A stretch of 63,831 nucleotides of DNA, the filler included, from Globobulimina sp. (taxonomy: Eukaryota): NCBI GenBank assembly GCA_003354225.1. It is 37 parts of 37 records of this genome, joined end to end, with 100 filler letters (N's around TTAATTAATTAA, not from the genome) between each part and the next. Parts side by side here need not be neighbours in the genome. Positions count along the whole stretch, not along the records: positions 48,389 to 50,015 come from PIVH01013919.1; positions 50,116 to 51,742 come from PIVH01013920.1; positions 51,843 to 53,469 come from PIVH01013921.1; positions 53,570 to 55,196 come from PIVH01013922.1; positions 55,297 to 56,923 come from PIVH01013923.1; positions 57,024 to 58,650 come from PIVH01013924.1; positions 58,751 to 60,377 come from PIVH01013925.1; 30 more parts are not named here. One strand, given 5' to 3'. The position numbers and the translations under genes are program-made. A model generated the notes under the pieces. It was not told where the DNA came from. It made no database searches and was given only the letters and a program-made list of their open reading frames with translations. Below, one piece after another: positions 49,064 to 60,377 of the stretch. How positions within the stretch are numbered: the stretch's first letter is position 1; every line of letters begins with the position of its first letter.

Positions 49064-50015
49064 TTACAAATCATACTTCTCAACATTACGGTCCTTATCA
49101 ATGGACACACAACTGCGAAATTCGGCGAACAATACACCATTAATGGATTCGCGAAGGTTTCGCTTAAATCTTACTTCGACAGACAGGTTACCCTTCCCCG
49201 ACGCCATCAGATTGGTCTGATCAGGGCTCAGATCGCAGCAGAAGAAGGCTTGGGTACCGCCAAAATTCTCATATGATACAGGACAATTTGTGACCGTGCG
49301 CAGTGCTTGTAGCAAACCGAAATAGGACATTATGTAGTCCTTATTAGCGAAATCAGGTTGATATGCTCTGGGAAGCAATGGCAGGTCATCAATATAGAAT
49401 TGACAATAATTTACACCATAATCAGCGGCACTGAAAATCATTGGATTGTTATCATAACTACCTCCTTTCAGGCCGATTGTAGGACATACAGCAAAGAATA
49501 TACGTGTAGGCAATTGTTTCGTGAATACATTATTTTGTCTGATTGCACTAGTGCCATAAGGAATCAGAAAATCGACCATTTCGACTCTCATATATGGATA
49601 GATTGCCACCTGTGTGGACAATTTATGTTCTATGGCCGAAGCCACTGATGGTGATACAGCAACTCTACGCATAAATAGGGTACATTCACGTAGATCGATT
49701 TGGTAAGCGTCAGTGATCCCCTTGGTTCGGTACAGACTGGATTCTGGCCGGGTACGGTCCAATCGTACCTCGATTGGGGCATTCGGAATAAGGAGCTTGC
49801 TGCAGTTGAAGAAATCGTGCTGCAGACGGGCGCACATGGTGACTTCGCGACTTTTTGCAATCATATCATGACGCCAAGTGTTGGTAATGGGCTCTCCATT
49901 GACATAGATGTCCTCGGTGTACCCTTTTGTCTTCTTCAATGCTCCAGATTTGTATGAGTCGCTATAGTTGAACAAGTTCTGCAGGAAGGCCACATGAGGA
50001 TAATTGGTTCTTTCT
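49064..50015 (-). CDS. Polinton-type double jelly-roll major capsid protein, 5' truncated
   Basis: NYPHVAFLQNLFNY, LQHDFFN..KLLIPN, LPTRIFF, GSYDNNP..F, YQPDF, F..DLSPD, GNLSVEVRF, AEF...SIDKDRNV. Confidence 0.85.
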
Positions 50016-50122
50016 NNNNNNNNNNNNNNNNNNNNNNNNNNNNNNNNNNNNNNNNNNNNTTAATTAATTAANNNNNNNNNNNNNNNNNNNNNNNNNNNNN
50101 NNNNNNNNNNNNNNNAGTCGTA

Positions 50123-50351
50123 CAGAGGTGTTCCCGATAAGAACTACGCATATTATTACTCATACATATATATTAGTTTTAATCATATGGTGGACCTGTC
50201 AAGGGATCATACATGATCATATATATATTATATGATAATATATATAGTATTATATGATCATATATTATCCCTTGACAAGTCCACCATATGATTAAAACTA
50301 ATATATATATATGAGTAATAATATGCGTAGTTCTTATCGGGAACACCTCTG
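50123..50351. mobile_element. Complete 229-nt Tc1/mariner-type MITE with ~95-nt TIRs and TA target-site duplication
   Basis: TA|CAGAGGTGTTCCCGATAAGAACTACGC ... GCGTAGTTCTTATCGGGAACACCTCTG|TA; few arm mismatches; TA-rich core. Confidence 0.9.
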
Positions 50352-50672
50352 TATGTGTTAATTATGTTTGATTGGTGCAAGTAATTGTTGGTTCTCGTCG
50401 ATGTGGTCGAGTTGGATCTTGCCGGCGTGTCGAGGTGGATCTCATTGGCATGGTCGATGATTGATTGAATTTATTTAATTTGTTAATTTATTCAATTTGC
50501 TTGGGCGCCCCGAAACTTTAAAAAGTGAATATAAGAATATAAAATAAATTAAATGACCATCACAACACATGTACAAAGTTTAGCAAATCAATTAACGAAA
50601 CAAGACCTTGATAATAAGGGCTTTCTTTGAAAGCATGAGAAAAATAAATTATTCAGATTAATGTATACAAAA

Positions 50673-51536
50673 TTAAATGTCCACCGAATTGGCCACAATA
50701 TAAGGCCATCGCGCACTATTTATTACAGAAACAGGATTACAAATCGATAAACTAAAAAATTTCAACATAAAACCATCCATCATATACTTGGTATCCTTCA
50801 GTTTCAACCACAATCCATCCAACACACTCACAAAGAACTGGCGAACTTTATCATTTTTGATATACAAAACATTTTTATTTTCCTTTCCACACAGAATATC
50901 ACGCATTTCTTCCATAATAAACTTAAAACAATTAATCCATACTCCATCATCAGTCAATGATACTGCCTCCAATACAAATATCACAGCAAAGAGCCATTCT
51001 TGTTTTACATCGCTTAGATTTTCAAAATATTCAACACAATTTTTATTGCAATCTGAAGACAAAAATTTGTTTGAAAAGGATTCAAAATGTCCAATTATAA
51101 TCGATTCATATTCATGCAACACATTCCAATCATTATTGTGCTGAATCACTAATTTGTTAATCAATAAAGGAATGTATCCATACGATATGGTACGATATAA
51201 CAACAATGAAATAATATCAAATCCAAATGTCTCATGGTATTTAATCACAAAATTACGAAATAATTTGAAGTTTTTGTTATCAAACGAAGCCTTTAAATTT
51301 CTATTTTCTGAATTATCACTTCTTGAAATGCTGGATTCGTAACAATTGCCTTGCGACAATGACTGGCAATGCCGAAATAACAACAATTCGACCACAATCT
51401 CCATATTTTCCATACTCGCATTACTGCATTCTTCTACATTCTTCATTATATTTTCCAAAATATTCACTTCATTCAAAATCATTAATGATCGCAAATCTTT
51501 CCATCTTTCATCATCTTTGCTTTTCTCGTTCCGCAT
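50673..51536 (-). CDS. Hypothetical helical protein
   Basis: 287-aa ATG-initiated ORF; no recognised motif. Confidence 0.5.
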   Translation of the reverse strand: MRNEKSKDDERWKDLRSLMILNEVNILENIMKNVEECSNASMENMEIVVELLLFRHCQSLSQGNCYESSISRSDNSENRNLKASFDNKNFKLFRNFVIKYHETFGFDIISLLLYRTISYGYIPLLINKLVIQHNNDWNVLHEYESIIIGHFESFSNKFLSSDCNKNCVEYFENLSDVKQEWLFAVIFVLEAVSLTDDGVWINCFKFIMEEMRDILCGKENKNVLYIKNDKVRQFFVSVLDGLWLKLKDTKYMMDGFMLKFFSLSICNPVSVINSARWPYIVANSVDI

Positions 51537-51842
51537 GCTTTCATTGGCAAACTGTGCAAAACAAAAACAAATTCTTTAAAGTCCGCGTTTGGTGCAATAA
51601 AAAAAAATAGCATTTCCAAAAAATATATATATCAGAAATCAAAAATCGTCTCATAATAAAAACCAATCACAAGTGAATGCCATTCATTTCACAGAAACAA
51701 CCAATCACAAAAACTGCGAAACAGTCATTCGTAAAACTCAAANNNNNNNNNNNNNNNNNNNNNNNNNNNNNNNNNNNNNNNNNNNNTTAATTAATTAANN
51801 NNNNNNNNNNNNNNNNNNNNNNNNNNNNNNNNNNNNNNNNNN

Positions 51843-52229
51843 GCCAAAGATAGTCAATTTATGATACAGAATTTTGTCAGACATATCAAGAAAATTGAAA
51901 TTAAGCAATGTCACGAACAGGATTTACCTGCGTCGATCCAGGGCAATCAAGGATTGTTAAAGCGGAAGTCGACCAAATATGAAGTGAAAATTGATGGGGC
52001 AGTTGACGAGAATCCGCAAGAAGAGGAGGATTTTAATTGGAGCACTACCATAAATAGTGAGGATTTGGAGGAGGAGAACGAGCAAAATACGCAAATAAAA
52101 GGGAAGTTTACAGTGAGTACTGTTGCTGTGGCCGATGATAATAAAAAAGCGTCAAAGTTCACGGTGACTGAGGTGAATGGTGATGTTCCCAAAAAGTCTC
52201 GCTTTCAAGTGACGCAAGTTGATGATTAG
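51843..52229 (+). CDS. C-terminal tail probably of an OSR1/SPAK/Fray-like kinase, with repeated (R/K)FxV motifs
   Basis: AKDSQFM (post-kinase-like), FNWS, GKFTV, SKFTV, SRFQV; the kinase domain itself is not on the contig. Confidence 0.45.
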   Translation, partial: AKDSQFMIQNFVRHIKKIEIKQCHEQDLPASIQGNQGLLKRKSTKYEVKIDGAVDENPQEEEDFNWSTTINSEDLEEENEQNTQIKGKFTVSTVAVADDNKKASKFTVTEVNGDVPKKSRFQVTQVDD

Positions 52230-52449
52230 TATGTTACTGACTATTGAACTATTTCTACGTTTTCTTTGTTGTGTGTTTCAAGATTACAATAACAATAATG
52301 TTTTTATTTTGTGTTTTTAAATGAAAGAGCGATTACTTTACGTTTTTTTCCTGTGAACTTAAATAAAAAAGTTTGTACTACGTTTTTGAAAATAAAACAG
52401 AACAGAACAAAAAAAAATAATTTAAAATTGGATTTATAAAATGTTTTTT

Positions 52450-53399
52450 TTATTGTTGATCACCAGAATATTTGTAATGATCATCATCCACCGTTGAATA
52501 TATATGCCCGGCATTTGCTAACTCATCAATGGCACCACGGATCTCATTGACATCCTCATTGGGCAATCTTGCAAATATTGCCTCCACATCACAGCCTTGC
52601 TCATTCGACTCAAACTCCGGTGTATTGATAATGTTTAATACCAAGCATTGGATATTTGGTAAACCATTGTTATTGCCATTGTTATTGCCATTATTACGAT
52701 TATTATTATATGAATTATTCATATTGTTGTTATTATTCCTGTTCATATTATTCATGTTCATGTTATTCATATTATTATTATTTTTAGGTTTTGGTTTAGG
52801 AGTTGTATTGGATAAATGCGCAAAAATACACTCTGTGAAATGATGCGTGAGTTCACTAAAATTTGTAATCGGAATAATATCAAATGCATTTATCGAGCAA
52901 CGGCCTTGAAAGTTATTGATTCGACCCACGATACGAACCCATGTTCCTTCACTGTGGTATTGGGTGTTTTGTGTGTGTTTGATGCATGAGACAGAGAGGG
53001 GACACGTAACAGTAAATTGGGGGATTCAGGTTGTTCTTCGCTGTTTGCATTCCATTGTTTAATGTCTAAAGAGCCAGAATAATCATTTACGCGTAATGTG
53101 GTGTGCGAGGTTTGGACATTTATGGATTGTATTTGAGCGATCATTTGAACCTGAGATATTTCCACGTTATCGATAACTAAATGTTCATCGGGTTGCGGTG
53201 GTGCGGCGGTAATAATTTGTTTGATGGTAATTTGAGATAATTTTCGGTTGGCATAAGGTATTTTTTGTAATACTGGTTTATTGTTAAAATTATTGGAGTC
53301 GCCAAAATTTTCATTGTTATTTGAGACAAATCCACCTCCAATCTGTGAACCACTGAATTGTGATGAGCCCGCATTGTAATTATTGTTAAACATGGACAT
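52450..53399 (-). CDS. RPA2: Replication protein A 32-kDa subunit; intron 52952-53010
   Basis: GGGF N-terminus, ITIKQI, VNDYSGSLD, WVRIVG, TNFSELTHHF, winged helix ending GHIYSTVDDDHYK. Confidence 0.95.
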
Positions 53400-54779
53400 T
53401 GTGTAAGTGGTCGGTTTCAAGACGACGGATTGGGGAAACGTGTAAAAAGGATGCAGAGGACTAGATCACNNNNNNNNNNNNNNNNNNNNNNNNNNNNNNN
53501 NNNNNNNNNNNNNTTAATTAATTAANNNNNNNNNNNNNNNNNNNNNNNNNNNNNNNNNNNNNNNNNNNNTGGATTTCATTCAAAACACAAATCAAAACAC
53601 AAACAATTCCTTTATTAATATTTGAAAATAATTATGTTTTAAAAGTGTTGTCCAGAATGAATGAGATTTATTTATTATCTGCACACAACTCGCAAAATCC
53701 TGCAAATTATGAGACAAAAATCATTTATCCGGCCGGACTTATTGTAAAATTCAAAGTGATTCGGAAACGGAGCTCGATCGACAATTCCACCAATCCAAAA
53801 TTTAATATTTCGACAGAGAAAAAAACAAAACGAAGAAGTCAAAGATTACGTGGAAAGACACCAAAACAATCTTATACTGAACCGAAAATATCTGATTTCT
53901 AATTAACATTTTCAATATTTTCCACTTGTTTTTTTTTTTACTAAGAATGAGTTGCCAGCTGTTACCACCTTATATTTTTGTCATAGTATGCTGCATTTTG
54001 GCAGCTTTTGTTGCTTTAATACTGTATCAAATCTGCAACAGTGCGAAAGAGGAACAAATGGTGTCCAAAAATGCTGTTTATCTTTTCTTTGTGGTTACGA
54101 TTTGCACTCTGTTATCGAATGGATGTTGTAAGTTATTAAAATGTTACAATCTGGATTTGCTAGCCACAATTATGCGTTTTTCATGGCTGTTATTATTTGC
54201 CCTCCAATCATATTTATTGTTGTGTGCTTTGTACATATTCAGATAAAGAATGCAGGACTTGCTGCAGTTACATATTAACGAACGAAAATGAAGCACAAAT
54301 GGAAACAAATATGATCGTCGGGATGGAAAAGCCTTAAAATTTTGAAAATAGAGTGTTTTTATTTCGTGGTTGAAATAAACAGAGTTATTTCAAAACAAAA
54401 ACGACAATGCGTAACTATTTTAGAAACTATTTAAAAAAACACATTTAATAAAACCAAACCGTTTCGAAAATAGTAATAGCTACAATTAAATTAGAATTGC
54501 AATTTCCTAATCACCAAATTTTGTACATCAATGTCATGTATTTAAACTAAGCCAGAAACTGTTAGTAAGCTGCATACTAAATCATGTCACACGTTTTGAT
54601 AAAAGCAAGATATGTTTTGATTATTATGTTTGTTTAATTTGTGTTGTGAATGTAATATTTATTGTCAGAACGATGAAGAAAATGAAAGAGCGAAGCAACA
54701 TGTTTTATGTCTTTAATGTGTGCGGTTGAAATTGTACGAGAAAGATGACCGAACGCGGTGGCGGTGGTTAGTTAAGAAA

Positions 54780-55196
54780 TAGCGGACATCTATGGCTCTG
54801 ACGGCAAAAAGCAAAGATTATCACCACTCAAATCATCATTCCCTCAACAAAACGGCAACAATGAACTACCCACACCTCAACAATCACCAATCGCACACAA
54901 ACCGCCACCACCATCACCTTCACCCACGCCGCCATTGCCAATCTCCACCAATCCCACAAATAATGACAACAACAACACAGTAACACCATTACCGCCCACT
55001 ATGACTATGGCAGCCACGGCAGCGCATACACTCACATTTGCGACCAATGCGGCCAAGGTTTCATGGCAAGGCAGGCTTTGGCGGCCCACAAAGGACAACA
55101 CAGAAAAGCCAAACAACGCGCCATTCGACAGCGGGCCGTCCAGCACCATCACAAAAACAACCAATATTATTACCCAAATAACTCGAAAAACACACT
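54780..55196 (+). CDS. Pro-rich segment plus C2H2 zinc finger (fragment, apparent frameshift near 55000)
   Basis: HICDQCGQGFMARQALAAHKGQH at about 55033-55101. Confidence 0.65.
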
Positions 55197-56639
55197 NNNN
55201 NNNNNNNNNNNNNNNNNNNNNNNNNNNNNNNNNNNNNNNNTTAATTAATTAANNNNNNNNNNNNNNNNNNNNNNNNNNNNNNNNNNNNNNNNNNNNAGTC
55301 AAACAGCAAGTAATTAGCAATACATTGACAGCATTAAGCAATAGAATTAATGAATGGAAAGGAATCAATACACAACGAACAAAATCAGCACTATCTCGAT
55401 ATAGAGATTATTTTTGTACCAGTAAGAAATGGTGGGACTCCACTAAAACAAAGGTGTTTGGTGCGTTATTTTGGCTTATTATTTTTAAGCATATTCACCA
55501 GGTTTTTAACAATATTAAACTAGTTTTTTTTTGTTAATCGTCAACTAGTTTTTTTTTTACGTCAACTAGTTTTTTTGTTAATCGTCATACAGTTTGTGGA
55601 CGGTGACGATCACAAATTCTTAAAGATCTTCCAAGCACTCCTTACTGCGCAAGTTAAGTATAACAACACGAAGGAGCATTCATTAATAAATAGAGGAACC
55701 ATGATCCATTCAAAAGAGATCCATGAATATTTGTATGGTGTAAATAATGCATTGACCCTTCAGCAATGGATCCAACATAACGAGAATCCTCAACATAAAG
55801 CAAAAACAATAATGAGTAAATTAACAAATGCATTGACTCGAATTATGACAACTAGTCCACCAAAGGTACCGACGGCAAATATTGTTCCTAATCCTAATCC
55901 TAATAATAATTATAATGTCAATCAGAATCAGGTTAAGATGCGGCCGCTAAACATTATTGATAACACAGTGAACCCAGCGATGCATTCCGTGGTAAACTAT
56001 ACAGGATTCCGCCAATCACAAATTTCACAATACTCCGTCGCTGGTACATATAATTTCTATTCCTATTTATATTGTACACGTATGCACAAATTGTGGTTTT
56101 TAGACGTCCGATATTCGCCATATCGAGTGGCTGTAGCTCCGGTTATAATTACGTATCCAGTCGCTTCATTAGTTCCTATAAATGATAGTCGTGTTGCATG
56201 TATGTGCATGTTGTGTGTTATGTGTATATGTAAAATGGTATATGTGATGTCTCTCAATCCACATATACAGATTTATCAATAATATCAGTACATAATCAAA
56301 TAATATTTTTGCAACAGTAAGCAAATGTAAAATTGAATGGACTTTGATGATGATCGATCAAAATGCTGATGAGATTACTCAGATAATGCCTCTGTCTATC
56401 AAAACTAGTCAATTTCATTATCTTTGAATTTTTAATTAATTCGTTTTATTCTTTTGTGTTACGGTTCATATTTTTTTACTGTTATATTGTTTATTCCTTA
56501 TAGTTATGTTATTCTTTATTACTTATTATGTTAATACTTTTTCATTGAAGTTAAATGTGCGTTTCATAGTAAACCATTATCGATCTCTGGTTATCTCGTA
56601 TATCGTTATTGACTATAATTAAAACTAGTTGTCGAGAAA

Positions 56640-56890
56640 ACAACGCGTACTTATTCCGAAAAACATAGAAACGCATTAGACGTAGATAATATTATGGAAT
56701 TAAGTTAATCCCAGACAACAAATCTACAACTTAATAGAGACTGCTTAGCATTCGTTGGAAGACTACATCCCAATAACAGCAATCTTATAATCGCTGACCC
56801 AAACTCTGTCTTTCATTTACAACCTGGATCCAGTCATGGATCCCTTTATAATCTCACGGGGATGTTCCAGCAATCCGTGACCCGAGGGTC
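56640..56890 (+). pseudogene. Decayed RNase H/C-terminal segment of the same retroelement family as 933-1451
   Basis: LFRKT*KRI...IILW...PRQQIYNLI/DCLAFVGRLHPNNSNLI...LYNLTGMFQQSV versus LFKNTQNYI...IILW...PHQQPFNMVADILADIGRQHPYNSNLI...LYSLAGMFKQSV. Confidence 0.8.
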
Positions 56891-57429
56891 GTTTATGCAA
56901 ATATCGAACAAAACTTGGGTCACNNNNNNNNNNNNNNNNNNNNNNNNNNNNNNNNNNNNNNNNNNNNTTAATTAATTAANNNNNNNNNNNNNNNNNNNNN
57001 NNNNNNNNNNNNNNNNNNNNNNNGCGAACATGGTTGATTGATGTTTTTTTGTCGCACTGTACGCTAGAAATCAGAAAATTTCTTTTTATGGAATATTAAA
57101 ATATTTATCGTTTTCCATCCAAAACCCAAAAATAATGTGCGCGGACGCTTGTACTTTCGAGTGGTCCGTGGTCTGTAGAAAGGATGAAAACAAGTGAGGT
57201 AGAAAAATTGTTTTGTGCAAGGATGACTGGTCAATGATTTTAAAGATCAGAATGGAAGAGAAGAGAGCAAAAAATAAAAGCAATTAAACAAATACTAAAC
57301 AGTACTATTAAAAGAGGAATACTGTTCATTTGCAGAAAAACAAAACAAAAATACAAATATCGATGCAACAAAGCCTCTATATAGGATCGGCCGGTTGTAT
57401 CCACACAAAAACAAAAACAAAACAACAAA

Positions 57430-58452
57430 TCATTGAATATTGATATTATACGAATAATCGAAATTTATTACGATTGTCTGTGTAGAGTCTGAATGTACAT
57501 AATGTGCTTTGATTTTACTATTTTGATCCAATGTTTGTTGAAAATACCAATTATTTATACCACTCAACTCATCATTTTGTTTACGTAAACAATAAATATA
57601 ATTCTTTTGCTGCCGATTCTCTGCTCGTAATCTCTGAATCTCTCTCTTTAAATCATCAGTTATCTCATCTTGTTTTTCATTATAAATCCGCAAAGAAGCA
57701 ATGTTATTTTCTACCCATTTATACTGTTTGTCATTGGTAGCTGCTTGGAATAAATTCATTTTATTCTTCATGTCAACACAATCGATAGCGATCCCAACTG
57801 GATAATATTTTTTTTCCTCACTGAATATGATACAAATCCAATTCTGCTTAATTTGCACTAATAACACCATGTCAACATAATATTTGGTTTTGTGCCGATT
57901 AAATGAAATAATTGGTAGAAATGTGTCGGCTTTTCTGATTTCAGAAATTAATCTGTGTTTTGATACTGACTCTTTAATCTTTCTTTTATCAGATTTAACT
58001 TTGTTTGTTTTAAATACAGCTAACTCTGAGTAGGTATCCATGGATATTTTATTCTTTCTCTTTATCAATTTCTTTACATCAATGCTGTTATATTTTGCAT
58101 TTAATTTTGTTCGTGAACCGCTTGGTAAATCATGTGGATTTATACCATATTTCTTTTTTATTTGCGATGCAGTGAGAAAATATTCGTTCATTTTCCATTT
58201 TTCAATCCGTTTATTTTTTGTGCGAAATCTGGCTTTATCGTTTTCAACACCAATCACATAAAGTAATTCACTGTTTTTTCTACAATGTAAATCTGTGCAA
58301 AGTATTAATATCAATATTGGCCCATGATACATCTTTAAATTTCCATGTAGTAATTCCATATTTGATCGCCATCGTAGATAATAAAATAATTGTTTGTCTG
58401 ATTCAAATTTCTCCAAAATGTAATTGTCGCTGATTGCTTTTTCTGTAAACAT
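57430..58452 (-). CDS. Hypothetical protein with a C-terminal coiled coil
   Basis: 340-aa ORF; heptad region DDLKREIQRLRAEN. Confidence 0.5.
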   Translation of the reverse strand: MFTEKAISDNYILEKFESDKQLFYYLRWRSNMELLHGNLKMYHGPILILILCTDLHCRKNSELLYVIGVENDKARFRTKNKRIEKWKMNEYFLTASQIKKKYGINPHDLPSGSRTKLNAKYNSIDVKKLIKRKNKISMDTYSELAVFKTNKVKSDKRKIKESVSKHRLISEIRKADTFLPIISFNRHKTKYYVDMVLLVQIKQNWICIIFSEEKKYYPVGIAIDCVDMKNKMNLFQAATNDKQYKWVENNIASLRIYNEKQDEITDDLKREIQRLRAENRQQKNYIYCLRKQNDELSGINNWYFQQTLDQNSKIKAHYVHSDSTQTIVINFDYSYNINIQ

Positions 58453-58750
58453 TGGTGGGATAAATATAATTCTCTCTGTTTGTAATTGTTCCGATTCTTT
58501 TGTGTCGTCACTCTCTGCGATCGCGACGTAATTAGGGTCTGTCAGTGTAACATTTTTTGATCATTTATAAAAGTACCAATGCAAAGCACTTATTAAAAAA
58601 TATTAGACGTACAGTATTTAAATATTTTATAATAGACATACTTTTTGCTTNNNNNNNNNNNNNNNNNNNNNNNNNNNNNNNNNNNNNNNNNNNNTTAATT
58701 AATTAANNNNNNNNNNNNNNNNNNNNNNNNNNNNNNNNNNNNNNNNNNNN

Positions 58751-59153
58751 AATACATTTAATATAATATTTTGCACAATTTTATAGTATTCAGATTGGTG
58801 GTTTATACATTGTTTTGTGTCATTTGTTGCTAATATTATTCATATAGCATTACTTTCCAATCATGTTTCGTTGTTTTGCTGTGTTTGATTTGTTTTCCTG
58901 GACTGACATCTCCCATTCTCAACCGCTACCAAGATGTTTAACTTTGACTGAAAACCTTACATTGAAAAACAACATTTTATGGCAAATTGCAACACCTAAA
59001 CACACAACAAATATTTACAAACACGCAAAACAACGAAATATGATTGGAAAGTAATGCTATATGAATAATATTAGCAACAAATGACACAAAACAATGTATA
59101 AACCACCAATCTGAATACTATAAAATTGTGCAATATATTATATTAAATGTATT
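58751..59153. repeat. Long inverted repeat with ~135-nt arms (58751-58887 / about 59020-59153), foldback-like, left arm cut by the contig start
   Basis: Arms are reverse complements with about three differences, around a ~130-nt spacer. Confidence 0.92.
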
Positions 59154-60277
59154 TTATTGCCATGCGCTATTAACCGGGTATTAAGCAATAAAAACAATAT
59201 TTTTTTATATGAAAAGTTATAGTAATATCCCAATGGTATGTTCTTGTGATATTTGATGCAAAAACAGTGATAATATAATGGATATCAATGGTTATTTTCA
59301 TGTGGAATATCACATAATAATTTGGTGAAATTGAAAAATAATATTTAATATAAAATGGTGAATTTGTATCACCGCAACTTATTCAAATGGAAGGAATGCA
59401 TTACAAGCTATTGAATCAATATTAAAATAACCATAAAACAAGATTTTAGCAGCAATATCTGTCAAATATCCGGTTCCAAACAATTCCGCTATCATTAACA
59501 TATTGGAAAACATTTATTTGAGGGTTTTTCGGCTTCACACTGAAAATAACAAATATTCAAATATTATTTTTTTTGATTCTCAAATTCAAATTAGAATCAA
59601 TTACAATTGCTATTAATGCCAAGAAATATCATATTTTTATTGGTTTTAATTTTTTTTTTGGCTCAATATTCGATGTATAATGTAGTGATTAAAATAAATT
59701 TCATTGAACAACACAGAAAAATGTGATTTTCAAAGATGTCATCACACATAATTTTCCAAAGCGGCAAAGTGACATTTGTTGGATGATTATGTACCATCAA
59801 ACGATGATAAACAACATAGTAAAGTATCAATTGTGCCTAAAAGAGGAATTTGGCAACAAACGACTGAACATATTGTCCAATTTTTTTATGTGCGATTTCG
59901 CAATGTATGAAAAAATGGGAAATATCAAACAAGACTGCGAGTACAAATTTTAAAAACAAATATGATTATGATATATTTAGCAACTATTTGTATGTGTAAT
60001 TAATGGATTGTCTTTATTTAAATATTTAATTTTTTATTGTTACATTTTTTCATTTTTACGGCAAGTTTTCTAAAAAGTTTGCTTTCAAAGTCACTGAAAT
60101 CAGTCGTAAAAGCATGGCTTCGTTAAAATTGGATCCTGTAGACAACTTTGTCTGACACTCATGTCAGACATCCATAATGGTTCAATAACCAACTGTGTAT
60201 AATATGAAAGCTATCCTTTGAAAACTCCATTAGTTATCAAAGCAATAATTCAGAAACGGTTAAAAAATCGACACGTG

Positions 60278-60377
60278 AACTGCTCCACCAACGCACAAAA
60301 CACCCAAAACTGCTCCACCAACGCACAAAACACCCAAAACTGCTCCACCAACGCACAAAACACCCAAAACTGCTCCA
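60278..60377. repeat. 30-nt perfect minisatellite (AACTGCTCCACCAACGCACAAAACACCCAA), more than 3 copies, running off the contig end
   Basis: Direct reading of the sequence. Confidence 0.95.

Larger units (their letters stand above)
48389..50015 (-). mobile_element. Polinton/Maverick (adintovirus-like) structural module
   Basis: Three co-oriented intronless ORFs (capsid, PW/gasderminX-like, PZ-like); GC-richer than host contigs. Confidence 0.85.

Noticed and set aside
46783-50351. JmjC gene, Polinton module and MITE as one composite element
   Set aside because: They lie on three different contigs separated by linkers.
55513-55590. AACTAGTTTTTTTT repeats as a regulatory array
   Set aside because: Three short degenerate copies inside a probable intron; simple slippage duplication is sufficient.
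57430-58452. DUF3825-like domain assignment
   Set aside because: Only a loose pattern resemblance; cannot be supported without a profile search.
60278-60377. NCSTNAQNTQ repeat protein or CRISPR
   Set aside because: A head-to-tail 30-nt minisatellite without spacers; the ORF is incidental.
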